Positions 26,461 through 38,000 of a stretch of DNA of 64,000 nt are shown piece by piece. The notes beneath the pieces are model-generated. The model was not told the origin of the DNA. It saw nothing but the letters and a program-made list of their open reading frames with translations, and did no database searches. Position 1 is the first letter of the stretch. Every line of letters begins with the position of its first letter. Both the position numbers and the translations under genes were made by a program. Source of the DNA: Podarcis muralis. Its lineage: Eukaryota. Location: the NCBI RefSeq assembly GCF_964188315.1, contig NC_135656.1:35402001-35466000 (forward strand), read 5' to 3'.

Positions 26461-27196
26461 TAGAGATGGAACCCGCTAGACGAAAGGGTTTTCCGTTTTG
26501 GAGGCGCTTCGCAAAACAAATTTCCCTATGGGCTTCCTTCGCAAGACGAAAGCCCATAGGGAAATCTCTGGGACAGCGGGGAAGCGCAGCGCGTCTTCCC
26601 CACTGTCCTCGGACCTCCTCCAAAGGCGGGCGGAGAGACCTCCTCCTGCCGCCAGCCTTCGTTTCTCCGCTATCCCAGACGGCTTTTGAAGGCAGACGGG
26701 GGGGGAGCAAAGACTTTCGCCCCCCGCCCGCCTTCAGAAGAGGTCCTGGACCGCTTCTGAAGGCCGGCGGGGGGCGAAAGTCTTTGCTCCCCCCTGCCTG
26801 CCTTCCCGGGGGCTTTTAAATCGCCCCGGGACAGCGGAGAAGTCCCCCGCTGTCCCGGGGCTTTTTAAAATGCTGGCAGGCGGCAGCGGAGGCTTCGCTC
26901 CCGCCCGCCAGCATTTTAAGATCGCCCCGGACAGCGGAGAAGTCCCCCGCTGTCCCGGGGTTTTTTAAAATGCTGGGGGTGGGAAGAAAAGCCCTTGTTC
27001 CCCCCCCCCCCCCAGCCTTCAGAAGAGGTCGGGGGACAGACTGTCCCCGGACCTGGTCTGAAGTCGGTTTCCATAGGAACACATTAATTGAATTTCAATG
27101 CATTCCTATGGGAAACCGTGCTTCGCAAGACGGAAAAATCGCAAGACGACAAAACTTGCGGAACGAATTAATTTCGTCTTGCGAGGCACCACTGTA
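26461..27196. mobile_element. CpG-rich Tc1/mariner-type non-autonomous element (CDK3 intron 2)
   Basis: Right end gtcttgcgaggcaccactg-TA; degenerate left end ta-gagatggaacccgctagacg; subterminal ttcgcaagacg repeats at both ends; internal palindromes. Confidence 0.75.
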
Positions 27197-27620
27197 GTGG
27201 CTTATGGGATGGTGGAGATGGGTCTCTGTTGCTCTCCTGGCTTCTCAACACCGTGAGTTGCTGCTTCACCCCTCTCCCTCTTGGTAAATGACAGTGACTC
27301 ACAGCACTGGGAAGCCAGGAGAACAATGGAGCTGCTACTGCTCTCTTACCATTACTCTTACAACAACCATATGGCGTAGGTTAGGCTGAGAGACAAAGCC
27401 CAAATTTGCTTCATGACTGATTGAGGAGTTGATCCTGGGTCTCCCCAGTCTTAGTCCAGCTTCCTAACTACTGTGCCACACCGACTCTCCTTCTGTTGTG
27501 CCAAAAAAAGGAGGGTGTGTGTTTTGTGTGTGTGTCGGAGTGGTGGATGCATTTGTTCTGCAGGGGCATTAGTTCTTCCAAACCCAGATGTTCAGTCACT
27601 GAATTCAATTTTTATTCCAG

Positions 27621-27741
27621 GCTTCTCGATGTGGTTCACAGTCAGAAGAAACTCTATCTAGTCTTTGAATATCTGAATCAGGACCTTAAGAAGTACATGG
27701 ACTCGTCCCGTACAGGGGAGCTGCCTTTAAGTTTGGTCAAG
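27621..27741 (+). CDS. CDK3: CDK3 coding exon 3 (121 nt)
   Basis: [40 protein letters not shown]; tttattccag acceptor, AAG|GTAGAA donor. Confidence 0.96.
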
Positions 27742-28459
27742 GTAGAAGTTTATCCAAACATACGCACAGTCACTTACAGGAAATATGTTCTTGAATTTCA
27801 ACTCCCATCAGCCTCAGACAGCATTATCAGTTATCAGGGATTATGGGAGTTGTAGTTCAGCAATATGTGAGAGGCTGCAGGTTAGCTACCACTGTGTTAG
27901 ACCTTGAAGCATTGAAAAGCCATTCACATTGCAGAAGGGCCTGTAAGATTTTAACTTTCTTTCTATCTGATAGTGCCTTTAAAAACTGTGACAGACAACA
28001 AATCAGGCAAAGGCTGGGGTAGGAGAGCTTTAACTGTTGAATTTTCTCCTTGCGTTCTTCCTGTCATTTAAAAAAGACATAGGAACCCTGACAGGAAACA
28101 AACTGGCTACCCTAACAAGGAGTGTGGAAAGTTTCTTATCTGGTCACACTGCTGTTCTCAAAGAAATATATTAACAACGTACGTGGAACCTGTTTGCAAG
28201 CAAGCAATTGTTTGAGATGTTGAACTATGGCATATTATGTACCAGCTGCCCATGGTTTCTTTATGCCTACACTGGATCTTGCCACATATAAAAAAAAAAA
28301 GTTTCAGGAAAATGCATTGTAAACCTCGTACTGTAATGGGAAATCATGTTGCTGAAACACGGAATTCTACAGCACCATCTGGTGTCACAGTGTTATAATG
28401 CATTTAAAATGCTTGCTTGTTTGTTTTTACTAATCTCTGAAACCTTTGCTTCTCCCTAG

Positions 28460-28816
<357 letters not shown>

Positions 28817-29000
28817 TAGGATTTTCCTGCCTTTGAAACGCTGAAAGATGCATGAGACCCCCTCCAGGTGCTGCTCTGGCTATGTTATTTGATGTGAAGT
28901 GAGAAGAAAAGTAGCCATGAAATGAGCTATTATGATACCCAGTCTTATGCAAAGAATGGATTGAAACTGCAATTGGCAGACCTTAACCTAAAGACTGATA

Positions 29001-29363
29001 GGGACGCAGGTGGCGCTGTGGGTTAAAGCTTCAGCGCCTAGGACTTGCCGATTGAAAGGTTGGCGGTTCGAATCCCCGCGGCGGGGTGCGCTCCCGTCGT
29101 TCAGTCCCAGCGCCTGCCAACCTAGCAGTTCGAAAGCACCTCCGGGTGCAAGTAGATAAATAGGGACCGCTTACTAGCGGGAAGGTAAACGGCGTTCCGT
29201 GTGCTGCGCTGGCTCGCCAGATGCAGCTTGTCACGCTGGCCACGTGACCCGGAAGTGTCTGCGGACAGCGCTGGCTCCCGGCCTATAGAGTGAGATGAGC
29301 GCACAACCCTAGAGTCTGGCAAGACTGGCCTGTACGGGCAGGGGTACCTTTACCTTTACCTTT
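29001..29363 (+). mobile_element. Sauria SINE, full length (CDK3 intron 4)
   Basis: tRNA-like head with A box (GGTGGCGCTGTGG) and B box (GTTCGAATCC), (ACCTTT)n tail; flanking duplication ttaacctaaagactg at 28983 and 29362. Confidence 0.92.
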
Positions 29364-29868
29364 AACCTAAAGACTGTCATTACCTTTAGTGTTCTGGGTC
29401 AAGATTCTGCAGATTAAAAGTTCATGCCATTATACATTTTGAAGGTATGTTTTTACTACCTCAGACTAACATGGTTTCTCTCCAGGAATTTAGATTTTTA
29501 AATGCGCTGAGACAGAAAAAGAGGATGCAGCCATCTTGCTTCTGAGCTCATTGCTCCATCAATTCCCTTTGTCCAGCTTCCTCTCCCACATGCTATAGCA
29601 CAGAACAAGTGGGACTCTAGTTTTGTCTCATAGCAGGTTACGCAGGAGAGTGAGTGGAGGGATAGCAACACCTGCTTTTCTGACTGGCATTCAAGAGGCG
29701 ATGCTGCAGTCTAGTGGACTTCATCTGACTGAGAACAATTTCTTGCAAAAGACTGGATCGTAAAAGTTTATGGGCTCAATCATAAAAGTTTTTAACTGAG
29801 GGTGGGAAGGCATTTGAATACATAAAAAGCATAAATTGAACTCGAGCTTTCAATGTGGTTCCTTCTAG

Positions 29869-30018
<150 letters not shown>

Positions 30019-31056
30019 TAGACGCACAAGTATGTTAATTTCTTATGAAAATTTTATGTGGTAATGTGTGCCTTGTTTGTATTTATAGCTACCTAGCTCC
30101 CCTTGTCTTTGTCTCACACACACACACACTCTCTCTGAAGAGAATTTGTAATCTGAGCCCTTAGCCCAGAAGTCAGGATTGAAGCTCAAATCAATACTTG
30201 CATTTTGGCAAGAGAAGCAGTTGGTGCACTGTGTCATCTGGAGAACATAAAAATCAATGATACTGAGTTTATGTATACTCTTAACATTACAAATATCCAA
30301 AACAGACACTGCAAATCATGTAATCAATGTGCTCTTATTTTTTTCCTAATTCTACTGTGTGGCAGAACCAAGTTTAGTGTTCAAAATGTGTTATTCTTGC
30401 CACCACCTTTTTAAAATTTCAAGAGTCTTTGATAAGACTTCCTTCTCTGATATTGTTAAAAGCTGCAATGAGCATGAAAATGTGCATTGATTGTTGCTGC
30501 TGTTCCTGTGGCCATCTGATTCTGTTTAGATACATGCTTCCTGATCACAGCAGAGTAAAGGAGAAACTTACTTTCAATTTTTTATCCATTTAAAAATGTT
30601 TTCTTTTATTTGAGCATTATACCTGGTTTTTGTACACTGCTCTGAAAGCTGCACTGAGGGGTGCTGTATTTTTCAAATAAATAAGATATATTGCATAGTG
30701 AGGATCACGCTGCTGCTGTATTGAGGAGGAAGGTTGTGACCATGGCAGGTAGTCTAAAGTGAAGAAAAATTATGTGGAATGTAGCTTCCATTTTGGTTTG
30801 GTAAATTTATCTCTCAATTCTGTGAGGATGCTTCCAGAGGGATGTATATTCCTTATGCATGCATTTTTATTTTATTTTATTGCAAAGCCTACATAACATT
30901 ATTGTCATCAATTGCTTAAAAAAGATATGGTCTGGCATCTTAACTCAGATTTCTCCATTCACAACATTAAGCCCCCATCTGGAAGTATCTGATTGAACTT
31001 TAGCCAGTTGCATGCGGCTAGCTTTCTGCATAAGGAAAAGAAGAACTGTGGCTCAT

Positions 31057-31223
31057 GGGGAAGGCTTGCAGCTCAGTGACAGAGCACATACCTTGCATGC
31101 AGAAAGATCCTAGGTTCAGTCCCTGGTGCTTCCAGGTAGGGCTTGGAGAGCCGCTTTCAGTCAGTGTCAACAGTGCTGAGCTAGATGGACCAACAAGCTT
31201 GTATGAGGCTGTTCCCTAAGTTC
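31057..31223 (+). mobile_element. tRNA-derived SINE (tRNA-Ala-like head), degraded
   Basis: gcagctcagtgacagagcac...ttgcatgcagaa...aggttcagtccctgg head followed by the ggagagccgc...gagctagatggacc body common in squamates; family name uncertain. Confidence 0.65.
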
Positions 31224-32049
31224 ATATCAGAACAGATCTATCAGTGGTAGAACAGTGATGCTTTCCCTTAGTTTTCAACCTCTTTTACACACACTAGCTG
31301 ACTTCTCCTGAAAAACACCTTGCTATGAGAAAGATGTGCAATGTGGCAGCAGCCACTAGAGGCTGCTGCTGTATAGGAAGAAAGTGGCGAAGATGACATG
31401 GCACTCGATTAAAGGACATGCAGCCCTTATCCTAATACTGTTTACAACATTTGAAAACTGCAAAGGTTTAAGTGAAGGCTCTTCCTTCAACCTTGCCTAC
31501 CATACAGCTCATACTGAAAAGCCACGTCAATTGCTTTTGCAAAGATCAATTAAACCAATTTTTATTTTAAAAGTTTCATATTAATACATCTCAGGTTTTT
31601 ATGTAGATTTCCACCCCCATGGCTGTCCTTGTTGTCTTTCTATCCTGAGCTCTCAGCAGAATAAAACATGACTGAAGTTTTTAGTTCAAATGAGGTTCAA
31701 GTTTGTAATATAGGGCATGGGATCAACATTGGATTTCATGTTCTATATTATCATGTTGAACTTGCTTTAGTTTACTGTATGTCTTTGCACCTAGCTCTGG
31801 TTCGTAGATCTTGGGATTCTAGTACAAAACAAAGGAGATCCAACAAGCTTGAAGTCTCCCCCTGATCTACACTATGAGTTTCTGGGGATCTGGTGTGGTG
31901 TTCAGTATATTTCTCCTTTCTCCTTCAGCACCAGGTAGCTTGTACTAAAAGGTTAACAGTATTTATTTCTCCCTGCGACTTCACTTGGATAAAGAGTAGG
32001 GGTGCCTATGGAAAGATAGAGGAGTGAGTCATCCTTTTTCTTTCTCCAG

Positions 32050-32253
32050 GTAACCAGAAAAGCCTTATTTCCTGGGGACTCTGAAATCGATCAGCTTTTC
32101 CGTATTTTCCGCACTCTTGGTACACCTACTGAATCATCGTGGCCGGGGGTGACTCAGCTTCCGGATTACAAAGGGAATTTCCCAAAATGGCCGAGAAAAG
32201 ACATGAAGGTGTTAATTCCAAACTTAGACCGAGATGGACGAGATTTGCTGATG
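32050..32253 (+). CDS. CDK3: CDK3 coding exon 6 (204 nt)
   Basis: [68 protein letters not shown]; tttctccag acceptor, ATG|GTAAG donor. Confidence 0.96.
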
Positions 32254-32360
32254 GTAAGAAAGAGGCTGGAATGAAGGGTTTTGTTTTTTAAAAACCTTGG
32301 GGCAGGGATGTTGTAAACCAGAATTTCAGCCAAGAGCTCAATCTGAGATTTAGTCTTAAC

Positions 32361-32609
32361 CAGGGGTCAGCAAACTTTTTCAGCAGGGAGCCAGTCCATT
32401 ATCCCTCAGACCTTGTGGGGGACCGGACTATATTTTTTGGGGGGAAATGAATGAATTCCTATGCCCCACAAATAACCCAGAGATGCATTTTAAATAAAAG
32501 GACACATTCTACTCATGTAAAAACACGCTGATTCCCCGACCGTCTGTGGACCGGATTTAGAAGGTGATTGGGCTGGATCCGGCCCCCGGGCCTTAGTTTG
32601 CCTCCCATG
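32361..32609 (+). mobile_element. hAT MITE (CDK3 intron 6)
   Basis: CAGGGGT...CCCATG ends with 8-bp TSD gtcttaac / gtcttaat. Confidence 0.8.
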
Positions 32610-32805
32610 GTCTTAATCCTCAAGTGTATTTGGTTATATAGTTGGCTCTGTAGGGATTTGTGATTTCTGCCATTTCTGATTATGACATTACCATTGCATG
32701 CAAAGCCTATACTTGGGAATAGAAAATTAGTATTGACTTTGGGATGATAGGCATAGTATCAATCCATTAAGAGAGATATTTCTGTGTGTCCCCTTTTAAT
32801 TGCAG

Positions 32806-32931
32806 CAACTATTACTGTATGATCCCAACAGACGCATCTCAGCCAAAGCTGCTTTGAACCACCAATATTTCTGGCAGACTCCATCACGAGATGCCAGAGA
32901 GCAACGTGTAGTAGAGAGGTATGGCCCATGA
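32806..32931 (+). CDS. CDK3: CDK3 last coding exon
   Basis: QLLLYDPNRRISAKAALNHQYFWQTPSRDAREQRVVERYGP*; joined CDS 930 nt = 309 aa. Confidence 0.94.
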   Translation, partial: QLLLYDPNRRISAKAALNHQYFWQTPSRDAREQRVVERYGP

Positions 32932-33705
32932 GAGGAGGCAAATCTGCAGTGTGCTTCCCTGACAGTAGTTCCCTGGATTAACCCTTCCTAATAACTGAGC
33001 CTCTTATGCTTGGAATTGGAATGGCTATAGAGGATGAAACTTGTTCATTCTGGTTTAGAAGTTCTCAGCCTTTTAGTGGGGTTAATGCTATATTCATATA
33101 GATTTTGACTGTTCTAAATAGAAGGCAGCCTCTTGTGTTCTTTGAAAACAAACCTGGCACTCTAAGCATTTGATGGGGCAAAATATGATTTGAAATTTTA
33201 GGATTGCTATGTATTTGAATTCAGTCCTAATCCAGCAACCACATATTATTCTATCTTTGCTGTAGTTCAGGTATTGCATTGCAGAGAAATTGGTTATAGT
33301 AACTAAGGCACTGCCAGCACAGCCTGCAGACGATGCAGTGGACAGGGGATATCATGTCATTTGATTCTCCCTGTAATTAATATGGGAGCTTTTTGCTGAC
33401 ATTCACACTATCCATGCTCAAGAGGAAATTGTGGGAGAACCAGACATCATGAGACCACCCAGAAATACAACAGATTTTAGTTTCTTTTTGTATCCTTTAT
33501 CAGCATACTTGTTTACCTTTTCCCTTAAGAAAGGACAAAAACTTGGTCCAAACACAGTTCACATTAAAGAATGGGCTTCTTAATCTTGGAGCAGCTGTCG
33601 GGCCCTTCAAGTTTTCATTTCTAATTTAATTAGAATGTGAAAGTCTTTGATCATCGATGTGCCAAGAGAGACACTGAATGAGCTAGATAGAGCAGGATGC
33701 TAAAG

Positions 33706-34045
33706 AATAAATATTTGATAGACTCCAGTTACTGATCTTGGCCGAATACATGGGGGTTGGATCCTGCAAGCAGGGTTCGGCTCATGGATTGCTCCTGCTG
33801 ATAGAAGGGCAGGGGGAGATAATGTCCACTGATTTCCTCTTTTGCCTGCAATCTCCTGTGTGCTTCCTGAAAATCTGCTCTGGAGGGAAACCAGTGAACT
33901 TGTCCCCTACTTCTGCCTGCTCTGAAACAAAGACACTGCCTAGTTATGGGGTTATTTTTTAAAAAACCTTGTTATTGATGTTTTAAGTCATTTTTATCAT
34001 TAACTGTTAATATTATTGAAGAAGTTTCTGTATGCACTAAATAAA
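33706..34045 (+). terminator. CDK3: Candidate CDK3 polyadenylation signals
   Basis: AATAAA at 33706-33711 and 34040-34045 (ATTAAA variant at 33563). Confidence 0.45.
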
Positions 34046-34625
34046 AAAAATATGCTTTGATAAATCTTTTAATGTAACTTGCTGGTTCTCAAATGTCCTT
34101 ACTGACAAGAGTGCCTATGATGGGAAAATCTTTTACACCGCGGTCATTTTTGCTTATATTGAATGCATGGTATACAAAAAGAATCTAGAACCCCTTTTGC
34201 CATTTTGAGCTCCAGCCCTCATGGTTATCAAGGGAATGAAATGTTCTCTGTGTGTTGTACATCAGTCTTGCTTGCCTTTTATTGCCCATAGTCCTGCTCT
34301 GACCCGACCATTAGATTTCTGATAAAGTGTATTCTTTGGCCATGAATCCCCATGTAACCTTCTGCACTGTTGTTCTCCATAGTTGTATAATGTTCATTTT
34401 ATGGGGTCCATTCTTTAGCACAGCCCGTTGCGATTTACTCATGGTTAGGATCCTAATGTGCACACAGGAACCGTCCCAACTTTTTAAAAGATAACTAATG
34501 GAGCCTGTTCAATCTTTTAACTTTTTTATTGCATGCATGACAACCATCTAACTCAAAGCTCCTTGATACACAACCCTTTAAACTTGCCATGAAGGCACAG
34601 AGTAAAAATTTTCCAAGCATATCTG

Positions 34626-34649
34626 TTTATTTTTAAAATCCCATTTATT
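34626..34649 (-). terminator. EVPL: Candidate EVPL polyadenylation signals
   Basis: TTTATT on plus at 34644-34649 and 34626-34631, the first AATAAA hexamers after the EVPL stop; further copies at 34525 and 34278. Confidence 0.55.
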
Positions 34650-34665
34650 TCCCTATAGTATACAG

Positions 34666-34878
34666 CAGGGGTTCCCAAACTGGTCCCTGGACCACTAGTG
34701 GTCCATAAGCTTCATTCGGGTGGCCTGCAGCATTTCTGTAAAAAGACAATGAAAAATCATCTAGCACAGCACATCACAATTGCTACAACAGGCAGATAAA
34801 TCATTAAGAGATCTGCAAAGACCCTCAACATTTTTCAAGTGGTCCATGGGGTAGGTTGGGGAAGTTTGGGAACCACTG
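34666..34878. mobile_element. hAT MITE in the putative EVPL 3'UTR
   Basis: TIRs CAGGGGTTCCCAAACT / AGTTTGGGAACCACTG; 8-bp TSD gtatacag / ttatacag. Confidence 0.85.
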
Positions 34879-35060
34879 TTATACAGTAACTCCTGCATTA
34901 GAACCCTTCTCCCTTCAGAAATGCATCTTAAAGGTGCATTGCTGTCTTGTTAAGTGAAGTAAGACTAGCAATCTAGAATAGCACATAGCCATTTAGAACT
35001 GCCAGGCACTCTGTTCATCTGTGGACAGTATATGAGCTCTGTTGAGGATTTCTTATTTTC

Positions 35061-38000
35061 TCAGTGCCTGAACTGATATGACTGGTATCCATCAGATGTG
35101 GTTGGAAGGAGAAGGAGCCCACTTAGAGGATCTTTCCGGCAACGAGCCATGGCTTCCTTGTAATTAATCTTCTCTTTGGTGATGGGGTCAACAAGATCCT
35201 TTTCATAGCTGGATTCATCTTGTAGCATCATGGCCAGATCACTGCTAAGCATGCCAGCCTGGGAAGCTTCTGGCACTGGGATACGGCCAGTTTTCTTGGG
35301 ATCTATTAGCCCTCCAGTCAGATGTTGGACCTGTAAATAGGGAAAGGCATTGTCCTTGGTCATCCACCCTTTCTGGACTGCCTCTCCTATAGACAGCCTT
35401 CTCTTGGTGACTGGATCTTCAATCCCTGTAAAAGCTTTCTGAGCATTCAGCAGCCTTTGCATGTAGGTGTTGTCTATCAGCCCTCTATCAATGGCTTTGT
35501 GGACAGAGTATCGATCACGTGAGATAAGATCAACAATGCCTCCAGTAGCCGCTTGGGCCTCTAGAAGCTTTTGAGCAGTCATTGGGTCCACCAGCTTCTT
35601 GCTAAGTGCAGACTTTATGTTGTACTTGTTGTCGGAGGTAGTGTCATACACACCGGCAATGGGGAAGGTATCATCACAGAAGGTTATCTGCACGCCAGGA
35701 GGGAAGAAGCTCTGCTTTTGCTGGAAAACAGGGGATGAAACTGGAGACTTGGAAATGATTGAACCAATAGAAAGGGAGGAATTTTGCTTAGTTTCTCCTG
35801 CTACCAGCAGAGCAAACTCAGAGATGGGGATCTTGCCTTCCTTGTAGAGCTGGTATTCTTCTTTTGTGATCCTCCTAAAGCGCAGGGCATCGTCAATGGA
35901 GTACTGCTTCCCACTCTTCTTGTCAAGGAGCACAGAAACATCGCCTTTGGGTCCCAGCGTTGTGATTTCTTCCCAATCACATTCTAGTTCTTGCAGCTGA
36001 ATATATTGACTTCGGTCTATCATGCCTCTCTTATATGCCTCATAGGGTGACATATCCTTGCCAGTCTCTGGGTCCAGAATAGAAATCTTTGTGGAGAGGT
36101 TCGTTTCTCTCATCTGGGTCTCATGGTTCAGTTCTTCCTTGTTAACTCTGGTTTGGAGTTCCCGGATAGCCCTCTCTTTTTCATAGATCTGATCCTTCTC
36201 TCTAAGTATGTCTGCTTCAAGGGAAGAAAGCTCTTGACCAATTTGCATCTTCTTTTGTCTGTCATTCTCTGTCCTTTGGCTCAGGAGCTTGGTCTGCTCT
36301 CTAAGGAAAAGGATTTTCTGTTGCTTCTGCCTTTCTAGTTCGTTTAATTCATTCTCAAGATTGTCTTTTTCTTGCCTTGTCAGATTGCGAGTTCTTTGGA
36401 GATCGGCTTCTTCTTTGGACCACGTTCTCGTCATGCCTTCTGCTCTTTCAATCTTCTCCTTGAGACGCCTGATATCTTCTTCTGCATTCTGCCGGGCTGT
36501 TCTCTCTCTGCTTAGCAGATCCCAGAGACGAGCTCGCTCATTTTCTAGCACCTTATCCTTTTCTACTCTGATTACTTCCTTGTAGATGGTTTTTTCCTGA
36601 GACTTTGTTTTTTGCAGAACATCAATCTGGGACTGAAGTTTCTTGCACTCCCTCTGCAGGCTCGATATTTGAGCCTTTTCGTTATCCAGTTCAATTCGCA
36701 GGTTGGTGCTGGACTGCTCCAGAACAGGATCCTTCTCTACCTTGACCACTTCCTCTGTGATTATTTTTTCCTGCACTGGGGCTGGGCTCTCCTCAATTTC
36801 CTTTATCCTCAAGGTGATCTGCCGCATTTCCTTTTCCAAGGCTAGCCTTTTGTTTCTGTCTTCTTGGAAGTTAAGCAGCTTCTCTTTCTCTTCCACCGCA
36901 GCTCGAAGCTGCTGGACTTCACGTTCCAGGCGTCGGCGGTTGCTCACTTCATCATCCAAGCTCTTACTTAGCCTGCTGTGCTCATCTCTGAGCTTTGGGT
37001 CTCTCTGGGTGAGAACTACCTCCTGAACCACCACTTTTTCCTCGGGTTTTCTCCTCTCCAGAAGCATGTACTTGTTCTGTAGGTCATAGATGGCATCTTC
37101 GGTTGCTCTCCTCTTTTGTGATACATTACGTACTTCCTGGCGGAGGCGTTCAGCTTCTCTCTCCAACAGAGGGTCTTTCTCATATCGGACAACCTCCTTG
37201 GTAACCAGCTTGGTTTCTACCTTGGATCTTTCCCTCTTCCACTCATCTCTCTCTCCCTGTAGCCTGATCAGCTGTTCTTGGGACCTGCCATTTGTATTCA
37301 CAAGGTCATTCAGCTGCTGTTTCAGCCTGTCTATTTCTCTCAGAATCTCCGGACTCTTTTCCATCTTCACCACTTCTTCGATGACCTCTTTAAACTCCAC
37401 AGTAGGAGGCTGAGACTTAAGGACTTTGAGCTCAGTCAGGGCTCTTTCCACCTCTTGGTCAACCCTTGACCTTTTTCTTGAAGCTTCTTGGAGCTCTTTC
37501 TTCAAACGTGCTATCTCCTCTTCTGTTTCTGGGTCAAGACGAAATATCTCGTTGACTCTTTCTTTAATCTCCACTTTAGGCTTTTGCTTTTCCACAGTGC
37601 TGTATTTGCTCTGCAGCTCTATCAGTTGGCTTGCTAGCAACGAGTTCTTGCTTCTCTCCTCATCAATGAGAGTCTGAAGCTTGGATGCCTCCTTCAGAAG
37701 CTCTGGGTCTTGCTCCACTTGCTTTACCTCCTTCACAATGACTTTAGGTTCTGCCGTTTCAATCAGCTTTTCAAGCTCTTCAGTCCTGCTTTTCAGTTTA
37801 GCAATTGTATCCACCAGAGACTTCCTCTTGAAGCTGTCTTCGTCAATTTGCATTTGCAATGTCCTGACTGCTTTTAGCATTTCTGGGTCCTTCTCCAGCT
37901 TGACCACCTCTTTCAGCACCACTTTCTCTCGGATGTTTGGCTGCATCTGCTCCAGCAAGTGCAGCTCTTTCCTGAGCCGTTCAAGTTCGGAGGAGGAAGT

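Noticed and set aside
26438-27197. ORFs within the CpG-rich element as a transposase
   Set aside because: No DDE/D or helix-turn-helix similarity; the ORFs arise from GC-rich palindromic sequence of a non-autonomous element
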